A stretch of 64,000 nt of DNA, taken from the NCBI GenBank assembly GCA_963806855.1, contig CAWDYW010000002.1, positions 96,001-160,000 of the forward strand, given 5' to 3'. The notes below the pieces were generated by a model. That model was not told where the DNA came from. It was given only the letters and a program-made list of their open reading frames with translations, and ran no database searches. How positions within the stretch are numbered: position 1 is the stretch's first letter; each line of letters starts with the position of its first letter. A program made the translations under genes and the position numbers. Positions 49,599-58,231 of this stretch are shown piece after piece. This stretch comes from an uncultured Verrucomicrobiae bacterium. Its GTDB lineage: Bacteria > Chlamydiota > Chlamydiia > Chlamydiales > Rhabdochlamydiaceae.

Positions 49599-50729
49599 AT
49601 GGATTTTCAGTCGTTTGAACTTTTTGCCTCTTTACCAATCGAAACCATCGAAAAAATCAAATCCTGTGCGAAGTCTTCCTATTTTGCTGCAGACGATTTT
49701 CTGGTTGTCGAAAATGAAAAAGGGTCCTCATTTTTCCTTATCGAAGAGGGTGAGGTTGAAATATTAAAGGATCAAATTCCCATTGGAATGCTACGGAAAG
49801 GGGATGTGCTCGGAGAAACTTCTCTCATTAATCGAGCGCGCACTGCATCTGCTAAAGCTAAAGGGGCAGTAACAGCAATTGAAATCTCAGTGCCCCCTCT
49901 GAAGAAGGAGCTGACACCGGCCCAATTCGCCGTACTTAAAAATGCGATTTTGGAAAAAGAGATCGATAAAATTTCAAATGTAAATAAAATTGCCGCTCTT
50001 TCAATACAACAGAATTTTGAAGATTTAAAGGCGAAAGAGCACATCGGCCAATTTATCGTCTATCTGCTCGCGTTCATTTTCATTTATGTTTTTGCGATTC
50101 AAAGTGTCATCGCCTTCAAGTTAAACATCGTCTCTAGTTCGATTATCAGCATCCCGATCCTACTCATTTTAGGAATCGCGATGTATTTGATGATGAAGCG
50201 GAGCGGATATCCATTAGAGACCTATGGATTTACCCTTAAAGGATGGAAAGGGGCCCTGATTGAATCGGCCCTCTTCACCATCCCCATCTTCATCTTCCTC
50301 ATCATTTTGAAGTGGGTGCTCATTCACACGGTGCATCAATTTTCTCATCTCACCCTCTTTCATATTTCCCCATCCTTAATGCCTGGTGAACATGTCAGTC
50401 ATCTCGAAGGAGCAATTCTTGTTATGGTCTATGCCCTCTTCGTTCCGGTGCAAGAAATGGTTTTCAGAGGTGCAATCCAAAGCTCTTTAGAGAAATTCCT
50501 TAGCAAGAAGAACAAGATTTCTTTTGCGATATTTGTTTCCAATATCCCCTATGCATTGATCCATTTCCATCTCTCTCTAATTTTAGTTGTCTTAGTCTAT
50601 TTCTTTGGCTCGTTTTGGGGGTGGATGTATTCAAGGCAAAAAACCTTGGTTGGCCCGGTGTTCTCCCACTTCATCGTCGGCTTGTTTGCCTTTTTCATTC
50701 TCGGGATTCAGGACATATTGGTGATTTAA
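49599..50729 (+). CDS. cNMP-binding domain fused to a CPBP/Abi (CAAX protease-like) membrane domain
   Basis: IEEGEV...GDVLGETSL...RTASAKA, then PVQEMVFRG, F.LIH and SH motifs. Confidence 0.85.
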   Translation: MDFQSFELFASLPIETIEKIKSCAKSSYFAADDFLVVENEKGSSFFLIEEGEVEILKDQIPIGMLRKGDVLGETSLINRARTASAKAKGAVTAIEISVPPLKKELTPAQFAVLKNAILEKEIDKISNVNKIAALSIQQNFEDLKAKEHIGQFIVYLLAFIFIYVFAIQSVIAFKLNIVSSSIISIPILLILGIAMYLMMKRSGYPLETYGFTLKGWKGALIESALFTIPIFIFLIILKWVLIHTVHQFSHLTLFHISPSLMPGEHVSHLEGAILVMVYALFVPVQEMVFRGAIQSSLEKFLSKKNKISFAIFVSNIPYALIHFHLSLILVVLVYFFGSFWGWMYSRQKTLVGPVFSHFIVGLFAFFILGIQDILVI

Positions 50730-51310
50730 CGATTTATAACTCGACTCGCCCAAAAATGTGAATTTGGACCGCGCGAGCTTTCGCGTGGGTCCAAATTCAC
50801 ATTTTTGGGCGAGTCGAAGTTTAAATGAATCCCTATTCTAGTGAGCAGAAAGCGGATCACGAGCAATGGATGGCAGACCAAATACTGTAAAAATGTCCAA
50901 TAGGAGGTCTTCTCAATCTTCTTTTGCAGTACTTCTGGAGAAAAGAGCAGAGCGTCGTCGATCCAAGTCTTATAAAAGGGGACGAGCGTCTTAGGCAAGG
51001 CATCTAATGGGAAAAAGTCGATCGCGGCAGTCTCAGGCCCCGTCCTAGGAATGCCTTCAATCATCGAGCACTCATAAAAATGGGTCGGCCGAGTGAACTT
51101 ATTGGCCGGGATATAAAAAGCCACCTTTCGCTCGATTTTCAGTTTGAGCCCCGTCTCTTCTTCACCCTCCCTAAGGGCAGCCATTTCGGGCTCCTCGCCA
51201 GGCTCTATCCCGCCGCCGGGGAGGACCCATACCGGAATATCCCGCCGTTTGATGAGCAAAACCCCCCTTTTTTCCCTGTCAAAGATGATTGCGCAGACCG
51301 ATTCTTCCAT
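50726..51310 (-). CDS. NUDIX hydrolase with an in-frame palindromic insertion near the C-terminus
   Basis: Nudix box GGGIEPGEEPEMAALREGEEETG. Confidence 0.93.
   Translation of the reverse strand: MEESVCAIIFDREKRGVLLIKRRDIPVWVLPGGGIEPGEEPEMAALREGEEETGLKLKIERKVAFYIPANKFTRPTHFYECSMIEGIPRTGPETAAIDFFPLDALPKTLVPFYKTWIDDALLFSPEVLQKKIEKTSYWTFLQYLVCHPLLVIRFLLTRIGIHLNFDSPKNVNLDPRESSRGPNSHFWASRVINR
50737..50823. mobile_element. MITE/RPE-like palindromic element, short form
   Basis: CGACTCGCCCAAAAATGTGAATTTGGACC ... GGTCCAAATTCACATTTTTGGGCGAGTCG, flanked by TA. Confidence 0.85.
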
Positions 51311-51354
51311 TTTTCCTTGAAAAAAGAGCTTTTTCCAGAGATTATAGGTGCTCC

Positions 51355-51801
51355 ATGAATTTAAAGGTATTTCTTCTACTCATTCTTTGCGCTGCATGTG
51401 GCAGGCCGACACTCGTTCTGCAACAGCAGCAGATCAGCCCCAACTACTTGGCCAGCACCAATGTGGGCACCCCCGATCCACGCACCCCGCCCAAGGGGCA
51501 AATGATCGTCGCCGAATGGTTCGTCCCGCGCAGAATCGTCAATGAAGAGCCAACCTTACGGCTCAGCATCCTCTTCCACAACTATACTCAAGACTGCGTC
51601 GAATTCCCCATCCGGAGTACCGTTGGCTACGAAACTTATTCGGTCCTCAATAGAGATTATAAAGAGAGCGGCGGCCTCTTGGCCTACAAAGCCGAAATCG
51701 TCACTTGCGATGGAGAAGTCCTAGCCGATTGGAAGCATCAGCTTTGGGTCGAGCTCATCACCATCGATACCGATGAAATCAACTCAGCCGTCGTCGAGTA
51801 G
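51355..51801 (+). CDS. Conserved chlamydial lipoprotein
   Basis: MNLKVFLLLILCAAC signal; LASTNVGTPDPR; 3' end overlaps the DAHP synthase gene. Confidence 0.75.
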   Translation: MNLKVFLLLILCAACGRPTLVLQQQQISPNYLASTNVGTPDPRTPPKGQMIVAEWFVPRRIVNEEPTLRLSILFHNYTQDCVEFPIRSTVGYETYSVLNRDYKESGGLLAYKAEIVTCDGEVLADWKHQLWVELITIDTDEINSAVVE

Positions 51802-52757
51802 TCGATGCATGGATCGGTCACCGATACCCCTGGTTGCAGGCCATCGAGTGGGTTGTGGATCAGTTGCGCCCCTGCATGGAGATTGCTCTCGAGCATCATC
51901 CCGAAAATCTGATGATTTCCCCTCTGGATCTGCTCCAAAACATCCTGGAAAGCCTTTTTTTGCTTAAAATACTGTCCTTGGGCATTGCCATGCGAGCAAT
52001 CGATCAAGATGCGCGGAGGGAGTTCCTGCTCGCGCAACATGCAGAGGGTCGTTTGGATACTCGCTTCATCGTAGTTGGGAGCCTTCGAAGAGCCCCGTAG
52101 CACCACATGCGCGTAAGGGTTGCCCCCACTTTTGGCCAGATGGAGCCTTCCCTTGGCATTGATGTGCATGAATTGATGTGGAGTCCTTGCAGCGTGGATC
52201 GCGTTGACCGCGCACTCGATATTGCCATCGACCGAATTCTTAAAACCGATCGGCATCTTCAGGTGTGAGGCGAGCTGCCTGTGGATTTGCGACGAGCTTG
52301 TCCGCGCGCCGATGCACCCCCAAGAGATTAAATCCTCGATATAAGGCGCTAAATGGGGAGTCAAAAATTCAGTCCCCGCCGGCATGCCCATCTCGGCCAA
52401 TGCGACCAAAAATGTCCGTGTCATCGTGAGCCCGCTGCCGATATCGTGCGAGCCATTCAGATGCGGATCGTGAACAAGACCAAGCCATCCCTTGCGTGTC
52501 CGCGGCTTTTCGACATAGGCCCGCATGACGATAAAACAGCTCTCTTCGACTTCCTGAGCGAGCTCTTTAAGTTGCTGAGCATAGACAAGGGCCTCTTCAA
52601 CATTGTGAATCGAGCAAGGGCCTACAATCAAGAGCAGGCGCGGATCTTGCCTGTCGATAATGCGCATGATCGTTTTTCGGCTTTCAGCAACCACCTCAGC
52701 CCCTTTTTTGCTGAGCGGTATCTTTGCGATGAGATCCTGTGGAGCTATCAATTCCAT
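51738..52757 (-). CDS. 3-deoxy-7-phosphoheptulonate (DAHP) synthase, AroF/G/H type
   Basis: GPCSIH, MRAYVEKPRT, IGARTSSSQIHR, IDCSHGN, SVTDPC. Confidence 0.94.
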   Translation of the reverse strand: MELIAPQDLIAKIPLSKKGAEVVAESRKTIMRIIDRQDPRLLLIVGPCSIHNVEEALVYAQQLKELAQEVEESCFIVMRAYVEKPRTRKGWLGLVHDPHLNGSHDIGSGLTMTRTFLVALAEMGMPAGTEFLTPHLAPYIEDLISWGCIGARTSSSQIHRQLASHLKMPIGFKNSVDGNIECAVNAIHAARTPHQFMHINAKGRLHLAKSGGNPYAHVVLRGSSKAPNYDEASIQTTLCMLREQELPPRILIDCSHGNAQGQYFKQKKAFQDVLEQIQRGNHQIFGMMLESNLHAGAQLIHNPLDGLQPGVSVTDPCIDYSTTAELISSVSMVMSSTQS

Positions 52758-52880
52758 TCGGTTAGGTTAACAGAGCAAAAATTTGAAGACAATATGCAAG
52801 ACGACAGTCTTCTCACGCACAAATTTTGCGATTTTCTACCTATATGAGTTCTAACATCCTCATAAAACGTGGTGAGTTTC

Positions 52881-52970
52881 CACGTTTTTCCATGGAAAAA
52901 CGTGCAGATCTAACACGTTTTTCCATGGAAAAACGTGCAGATCTAACACGTTTTTCCATGCAAAAACGTG
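52881..52970. repeat. Three tandem 33-bp units each containing a 24-bp palindrome
   Basis: CACGTTTTTCCATGGAAAAACGTG at 52881, 52914 and 52947 (one mismatch in the third), separated by CAGATCTAA. Confidence 0.92.
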
Positions 52971-53033
52971 GTTAAAAATTATAAGCGCTTGGTTATCAGT
53001 TCATTGAAAAAAAATCCATTTCTGTGGTAAAAT

Positions 53034-53744
53034 ATGCCTATGGAAATCACAGCTTCAGCCTATCAATTCATCAGTCAGCAATGGGACCGCCCGATCTCTG
53101 TAGAGAATGAGATAGCCCAGATTGGGGTCAATTTTTTACATAAGACCATGGTTGCTGTTGCCGCCTTAGTGGTGATCATTGCGACCCCCATCCTTGCTCT
53201 AATCGACCTTTGCTGTATAGGATGTAAGCAGGAGCGGACGGTGGGCCAAGTATCCATTTTAGACTTTTATCGGGGCGGACAGAATGATCGGGGTGTCACT
53301 CTCGAAGAGATCTGGCGGTGGGATGATGCCAAATTGGAGAGTCATCACGACTTCATTCAGTGGCTATTTCCGCTAAAGAAGCAGAGCAGATTTAACCCTT
53401 CTGCAGCCCTGACAGATGATACGGTGATTGCCGCTTTTAAACAGGACAAATCGCTGCAGGATAAAATGGTCCGGTCATTGGATGTGATGCTGAAGTTTTA
53501 TGGGTTTGAATGGAGCGGCGATCAAATCGTGATGGGGCCCCATTTTGCCAAGCAGGCACAGAATTGGCTTAAGTCCGGCAGTCACAATTATTTGCGCATC
53601 AGCCGCATTTTAACATCACTCCGGCTCCATGGTCTTGAGAGTTATGCTGGGGCGCTCATGCATGCGCTCGAACAGGTCAATAAGCAATATTCAAACCAGA
53701 TCGATCCTCAGACGTTTTCCATTTGGAAAGCAGCTTCCAAATAG
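53034..53744 (+). CDS. OGFr-N domain protein with an N-terminal TM helix
   Basis: LESHHDFIQWLFP, FNPSA, MLKFYG, HNYLRISRIL.SL. Confidence 0.88.
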   Translation: MPMEITASAYQFISQQWDRPISVENEIAQIGVNFLHKTMVAVAALVVIIATPILALIDLCCIGCKQERTVGQVSILDFYRGGQNDRGVTLEEIWRWDDAKLESHHDFIQWLFPLKKQSRFNPSAALTDDTVIAAFKQDKSLQDKMVRSLDVMLKFYGFEWSGDQIVMGPHFAKQAQNWLKSGSHNYLRISRILTSLRLHGLESYAGALMHALEQVNKQYSNQIDPQTFSIWKAASK

Positions 53745-54809
53745 TTACGTCGGTAAAGTGTCTGGCTTCTTGTAAAAATAGTAATCATTATCTTTGTGCG
53801 GTCTTGCCCAGTTACGAAAACGATTATCAGGAACCTGTTCTTCTCCTCCAACTTGTTCTAAGATAGCTTCTATCTCGCGGTTGTATGCTTGCCGCCACTC
53901 GTACTGCTTGGTCCCTGGAGTAAAGAATTTTTCTTTCCAACCATTATGCATTTCTCGATTAGTGATTGGATAATTATCCGCAAAGTTTTGCAAAGAGGGT
54001 TTAGCAAAAGCCAAGTATGAATCGAAGTTCGATTCACAATAGTTTGGCAAATCGAAAATATTGCGGTAGGCTACAGGCAGTGCAAATGCTCCTGAAAAGA
54101 GCCATGGGGATGAGTGGAGCTTTCTATTGTCCAATCCAGGTTGTTTCATCAGGAGAACGCCCCCCTTTAAGCCGAATCGATTATTCTCTGACCACGTTTT
54201 TAAATCCTCTCTAACGGCTTTTGCAATGGCTAGAGAGTCATTCATCCATTGCTCACAGTCTGCCTCTAGTTGTTCGAGAGTATAGGGCTGCGGCTTTGGA
54301 AATGGATGAACTTGGGGGGCGAAACGAGTTCCTGACGAATAGCCTGACGAATAGGCGGCAAGATAAACAGAGTTAGTGTCTGGGAATGAATTCCAAATTT
54401 TATCCCGAATTTCGCAATGTCGCTTTTGACAATCGACGATCGCCGGATCGGTTGGAGGGGCCATTATGCCCCAAATGCTACGCTCTTTTTGCAATTGTTT
54501 TTGCAATTGGGCAAAGGCGTCGGTTCGTTCCCAAACTTTTCCCTGAATATAAGATCCGATTGAGAGCGCGCCTTTGACAGCGGTCAGTCCTAAGGCAGAC
54601 CATAAACACACCCGAAATAAGAGGGGTGAATCGCTTAGGGGTTGTTTGTAATTGTAATGGGGAAGCGTACCTAGGAAGCTTCCCGCCCAGGCTACAATCG
54701 CCCATCCAGATAACTTATTTAAGTTATTAAGGGAAAACTGCTCATTGTATTTTTTAAAATCGGGAATTGAAGAATAAACATTGTTCCACGAGTTAATAGC
54801 GTCTGTCAT
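53745..54809 (-). CDS. Tandem Inc-like family member A (354 aa)
   Basis: Shares the N-terminus and PYTLE.LEADCEQWM, GTKQYEWRQ motifs with B-D. Confidence 0.85.
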   Translation of the reverse strand: MTDAINSWNNVYSSIPDFKKYNEQFSLNNLNKLSGWAIVAWAGSFLGTLPHYNYKQPLSDSPLLFRVCLWSALGLTAVKGALSIGSYIQGKVWERTDAFAQLQKQLQKERSIWGIMAPPTDPAIVDCQKRHCEIRDKIWNSFPDTNSVYLAAYSSGYSSGTRFAPQVHPFPKPQPYTLEQLEADCEQWMNDSLAIAKAVREDLKTWSENNRFGLKGGVLLMKQPGLDNRKLHSSPWLFSGAFALPVAYRNIFDLPNYCESNFDSYLAFAKPSLQNFADNYPITNREMHNGWKEKFFTPGTKQYEWRQAYNREIEAILEQVGGEEQVPDNRFRNWARPHKDNDYYFYKKPDTLPT

Positions 54810-54902
54810 AAAAACCTCTTTTAGATAAATAAGTTCAATTTTTTATTTGTTTCAATCAGTCCGCAGCCGTTTTCCATTTGGAAAGCCGCTTGCAAATAGT
54901 TA

Positions 54903-55065
54903 AACCCCGACTCGCCCAAAAGTGTGGATTTGGACCGCGCCAAAGCCTCGGGGTTCAACTGTTTTTCCGAGGGTTGTATATATTCGATACTACCCTCGGA
55001 AAAACAGTTGAACCGCGAGAGCTTTCGCGTGGGTCCAAATTCACACTTTTGGGCGAGTCGGGGTT
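54903..55065. mobile_element. MITE/RPE-like palindromic element, long form (163 bp)
   Basis: AACCCCGACTCGCCCAAAAGTGTG / CACACTTTTGGGCGAGTCGGGGTT terminal repeats, inner GGTTCAACTGTTTTTCCGAGGGT hairpin, TA on both sides. Confidence 0.9.
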
Positions 55066-56054
55066 TATGTCGGTTTACCGCCTGGCCAATTGTTAAATTT
55101 GTCATCGTTGTCTTTGTGCAATGCTCCCCATTTCTGAAAGCGCTCATCGGGGATCTTATCTATTCCACCCGTTTGGGCAAAGATCGCTTCCATTGCTTCG
55201 TTGTACTTTTGTCTCCACTCATACTGCTTTGTCCCAGTTGTGAAGAATTTTTCTTTCCAGCCTTCATGGACTTGCCGGTTTGAGGCGGGATAAGTTTTCG
55301 CAAATTCGTCTTCAGCTTTTTTCTCATCCCTTCCTTCAAATTCCGAAATACAGTCTGGAAGATCGAATATATAGCGGTAGGCTTCCGGCAGGCTGAAAAA
55401 ACCCCTGTAAAGCCATGGAAAGTTGAAGGCTGGGTCTTCCCCATTCGGAGGTTGAACTTCCAATAGATCTCCATTTGTTAAGCGACGATTGTTTAGTGTG
55501 AATCGTCCGCTTTCAGACCATTTTTTTAAATCTTCTCGAACAGCTTTTGCAATGGCAAGTGTGTCATTCATCCATTGCTCGCAATCCGCTTCTAGTTTTT
55601 CGAGAGTATAGGGCTCGGGTTTTGGCATAGGAGCTTTTGAAGGATTAACTTTAGACCTCCAGATAAAACCGGATCTAGGGAATGAATTCCAAATTTTATT
55701 CTGCATTTGTCGATGACGCTTGTGACAATCGGTGATGGTTGGATCGCTTGGTGGGACCAAAGTATTCCAAACGCTCAGTTCATTTTGTAATCTGGCAAAG
55801 GTGTCGGTTCGTTCCCAAACTTTTCCCTGAACATAAGCTCCGAGAGCGATAGATCCCTTGACTGCCGTTAGCCCAACAAATGACAATAAACAGGCCCGAT
55901 TTAGGAGGGGTTGACTGTCTTTTGATAGGATTAATCCCATCATGGGGACTAACGCCAATCCAACGAGCCTATTTAAGGAAAACTGCTCATTGTATTTTTT
56001 AAAATCGGGAATTGAAGAATAAACATTGTTCCACGAGTTAATGGCGTCTGTCAT
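55065..56054 (-). CDS. Tandem Inc-like family member B (329 aa)
   Basis: Paralog of A, C and D. Confidence 0.88.
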   Translation of the reverse strand: MTDAINSWNNVYSSIPDFKKYNEQFSLNRLVGLALVPMMGLILSKDSQPLLNRACLLSFVGLTAVKGSIALGAYVQGKVWERTDTFARLQNELSVWNTLVPPSDPTITDCHKRHRQMQNKIWNSFPRSGFIWRSKVNPSKAPMPKPEPYTLEKLEADCEQWMNDTLAIAKAVREDLKKWSESGRFTLNNRRLTNGDLLEVQPPNGEDPAFNFPWLYRGFFSLPEAYRYIFDLPDCISEFEGRDEKKAEDEFAKTYPASNRQVHEGWKEKFFTTGTKQYEWRQKYNEAMEAIFAQTGGIDKIPDERFQKWGALHKDNDDKFNNWPGGKPT

Positions 56055-56137
56055 AAAAACCTCTTTTAGATAAATAAGTTCAATTTTTTATTTGTTTCAA
56101 TCAGTCCGCTCCCCAACTCTTTCCATTTGGAAAGCAG

Positions 56138-57130
56138 CTAGTTTGGTTTAGAGCCTGGCGATCTGCAAAATTGGTAATCGCCTTGAGCGTGGAGTCTTCC
56201 CCAATTAACAAAGCGCTCATCGGGGATCTTATCTATTCCACCCGTTTGGGCAAAGATCGCTTCCATTGCTTCGTTGTACTTTTGTCTCCACTCATACTGC
56301 TTTGTCCCAGGTATGAAGAATTTCTCTTTCCAGCCTTCACGGAGTTGCCGGTTTGAGGCGGGATAAGTTTTTGCAAATTTGTCCTCAGCTTCTTTGTATC
56401 CCTCTCGTTCAAATTCCGCAATACAGTCTGGCAGATTGAATATATTTCGGTAGGCTTCAGGTAATCGAAATGCTCCTTTATAAAGCCATGGACAAGAGAA
56501 GGGCTCGAATTGCCACGTGCCGGCTTGAACTACTAATAGATCCCCTCCTGAGTAGGAATTATCACCTTTTTTGAATTGTCCACTTTCAGACCATTTCTTT
56601 AAATCTTCTCGAACAGCTCTTGCAATTGCCAGTGAGTCCTTCATCCATTGCTCGCAGTCTGTTTCTAGTTTTTCCAGCGTATAGGGCTCAGGCTTTGGGA
56701 TCGGTACACCGCGAACTTCAGCTTCATTAAAAAAATTGCCATATGGGAATGAATTCCAAAGTTTGATCTGCATTTCTCTATAACGCATTGCACAATCTGT
56801 AATGGTTGGATCGGTTGGAGGAACCAAAGTACCCCAAATGTCTAGCTCTTTCTGCTCTTGTTGTAATTTGGCAAAGATGTCGGTTTGTTCGAAAACTTTC
56901 CCCTGAATATAAGCTCCAAATGCGAGGGATCCCTTGACTGCCGTTAACCCAATAACCGACCAGAAACAGGCCCGGTTTAGGAGCGATTGACTGTCTTTGG
57001 ATAGGATCAATCCCAATATGGGGCCAAGCGCCAATACAGAAAACTTATTTAAGGAAAACTGCGCATTGTATTTTTTAAAATCGGGAATTGAAGAATAAAC
57101 ATTGTTCCACGAGTTAATGGCGTCTGTCAT
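56138..57130 (-). CDS. Tandem Inc-like family member C (330 aa)
   Basis: Paralog of A, B and D. Confidence 0.88.
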   Translation of the reverse strand: MTDAINSWNNVYSSIPDFKKYNAQFSLNKFSVLALGPILGLILSKDSQSLLNRACFWSVIGLTAVKGSLAFGAYIQGKVFEQTDIFAKLQQEQKELDIWGTLVPPTDPTITDCAMRYREMQIKLWNSFPYGNFFNEAEVRGVPIPKPEPYTLEKLETDCEQWMKDSLAIARAVREDLKKWSESGQFKKGDNSYSGGDLLVVQAGTWQFEPFSCPWLYKGAFRLPEAYRNIFNLPDCIAEFEREGYKEAEDKFAKTYPASNRQLREGWKEKFFIPGTKQYEWRQKYNEAMEAIFAQTGGIDKIPDERFVNWGRLHAQGDYQFCRSPGSKPN

Positions 57131-57176
57131 AAAAACCTCTTTTAGATAAATAAGTTCAATTTTTTATTTGTTTCAA

Positions 57177-58163
57177 TCAGGCCGTCGGTTTACTGCCTGG
57201 CCAATTGTTAAATGTGTAATCGCCGTCATTGTGCAATGCTCCCCATTTCTGAAAGCGCTCTTCGGGGATCTTATCTATTCCACCCGTTTGGGCAAAGATC
57301 GCGTCCATTGCTTCGTTGTACTTTTGTCTCCACTCGAACTGCTTTGTCCCAGGTATGAAGAATTTTTCTTTCCAGCCTTCATGGACTTGCCGGTTTGAGG
57401 CGGGATAAGTTTCCGCAAATTCGTCTTCAGCTTTTTTCTCACCCCCTCCTTCAAATTCCGAAATACAATCTGGAAGATCGAATATATAGCGGTAGGCTTC
57501 CGGCAGGCAGATAAAACCCCTGTTAAGCCATGGACAGGAGAAGGGTTTGAATTGCCATTGCCCATGTTGAACTTCCAATAGATCCCCATTTGTTAAGCGA
57601 CGATTGTCTAGTATGAATCGTCCGCTTTCAGACCATTTTTTTAAATCTTCTCGAACAGCTTTTGCAATGGCAAGTGTGTCATTCATCCACTGCTCGCAAT
57701 CTGCTTCTAATTTTTCGAGGGTATAGGGCTCGGGTTCTGGCATAGGAGCGGAACTCATTTGAGACCTCCGGATAAAACCGGAGCTAGGGAATGAATTCCA
57801 AATTTTCTTCTGCATTTGTTGATGACGAATTTTACAATCGGTGACTGTTGGATCGCTGGGTGGGACCAAAGTATCCCAAACGCTCAGCTCTTTTTGCAAT
57901 TGTGCAAAGGTGTCGGTTCGTTCCCAAACTTTCCCCTGAATATAAGCTCCAAATGCGATAGATCCCTTGACTGCGGTTAGCCCAAGAGCCGACCATAAAC
58001 AGACCCGGTTTAGGAGCGGTTGACTGTCTGGGGCTAAGATAAATCCCAATATGGGGCCAAGCGCCAATACAGAAAACTTATTTAAGGAAAACTGCTCATT
58101 GTATTTTTTAAAATCGGGAATTGAAGAATAAATATTGTCCCAACGGTTAATAGCGCCTGCCAT
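57177..58163 (-). CDS. Tandem Inc-like family member D (328 aa)
   Basis: Paralog with its own distinct leader (AAGGAG RBS). Confidence 0.88.
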   Translation of the reverse strand: MAGAINRWDNIYSSIPDFKKYNEQFSLNKFSVLALGPILGFILAPDSQPLLNRVCLWSALGLTAVKGSIAFGAYIQGKVWERTDTFAQLQKELSVWDTLVPPSDPTVTDCKIRHQQMQKKIWNSFPSSGFIRRSQMSSAPMPEPEPYTLEKLEADCEQWMNDTLAIAKAVREDLKKWSESGRFILDNRRLTNGDLLEVQHGQWQFKPFSCPWLNRGFICLPEAYRYIFDLPDCISEFEGGGEKKAEDEFAETYPASNRQVHEGWKEKFFIPGTKQFEWRQKYNEAMDAIFAQTGGIDKIPEERFQKWGALHNDGDYTFNNWPGSKPTA

Positions 58164-58231
58164 AAATGCTCCTTTAAGTTAATTTATTGTATTATATCAG
58201 ATATTTGAGTTTAATTAAATAGTAAAAAAAT

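Noticed and set aside
52881..52970. CRISPR array
   Set aside because: Spacers are only 9 bp and identical, and no cas genes are present.
54821..55283. ORFs 54821..55147, 54878..55096 and 54924..55283 as genes
   Set aside because: They are read-throughs of the palindromic element, the valS scar and gene B, with no RBS support.
53745..58163. Integron or diversity-generating retroelement
   Set aside because: No integrase, attC-like sites or reverse transcriptase are visible, and variation is not restricted to adenines.
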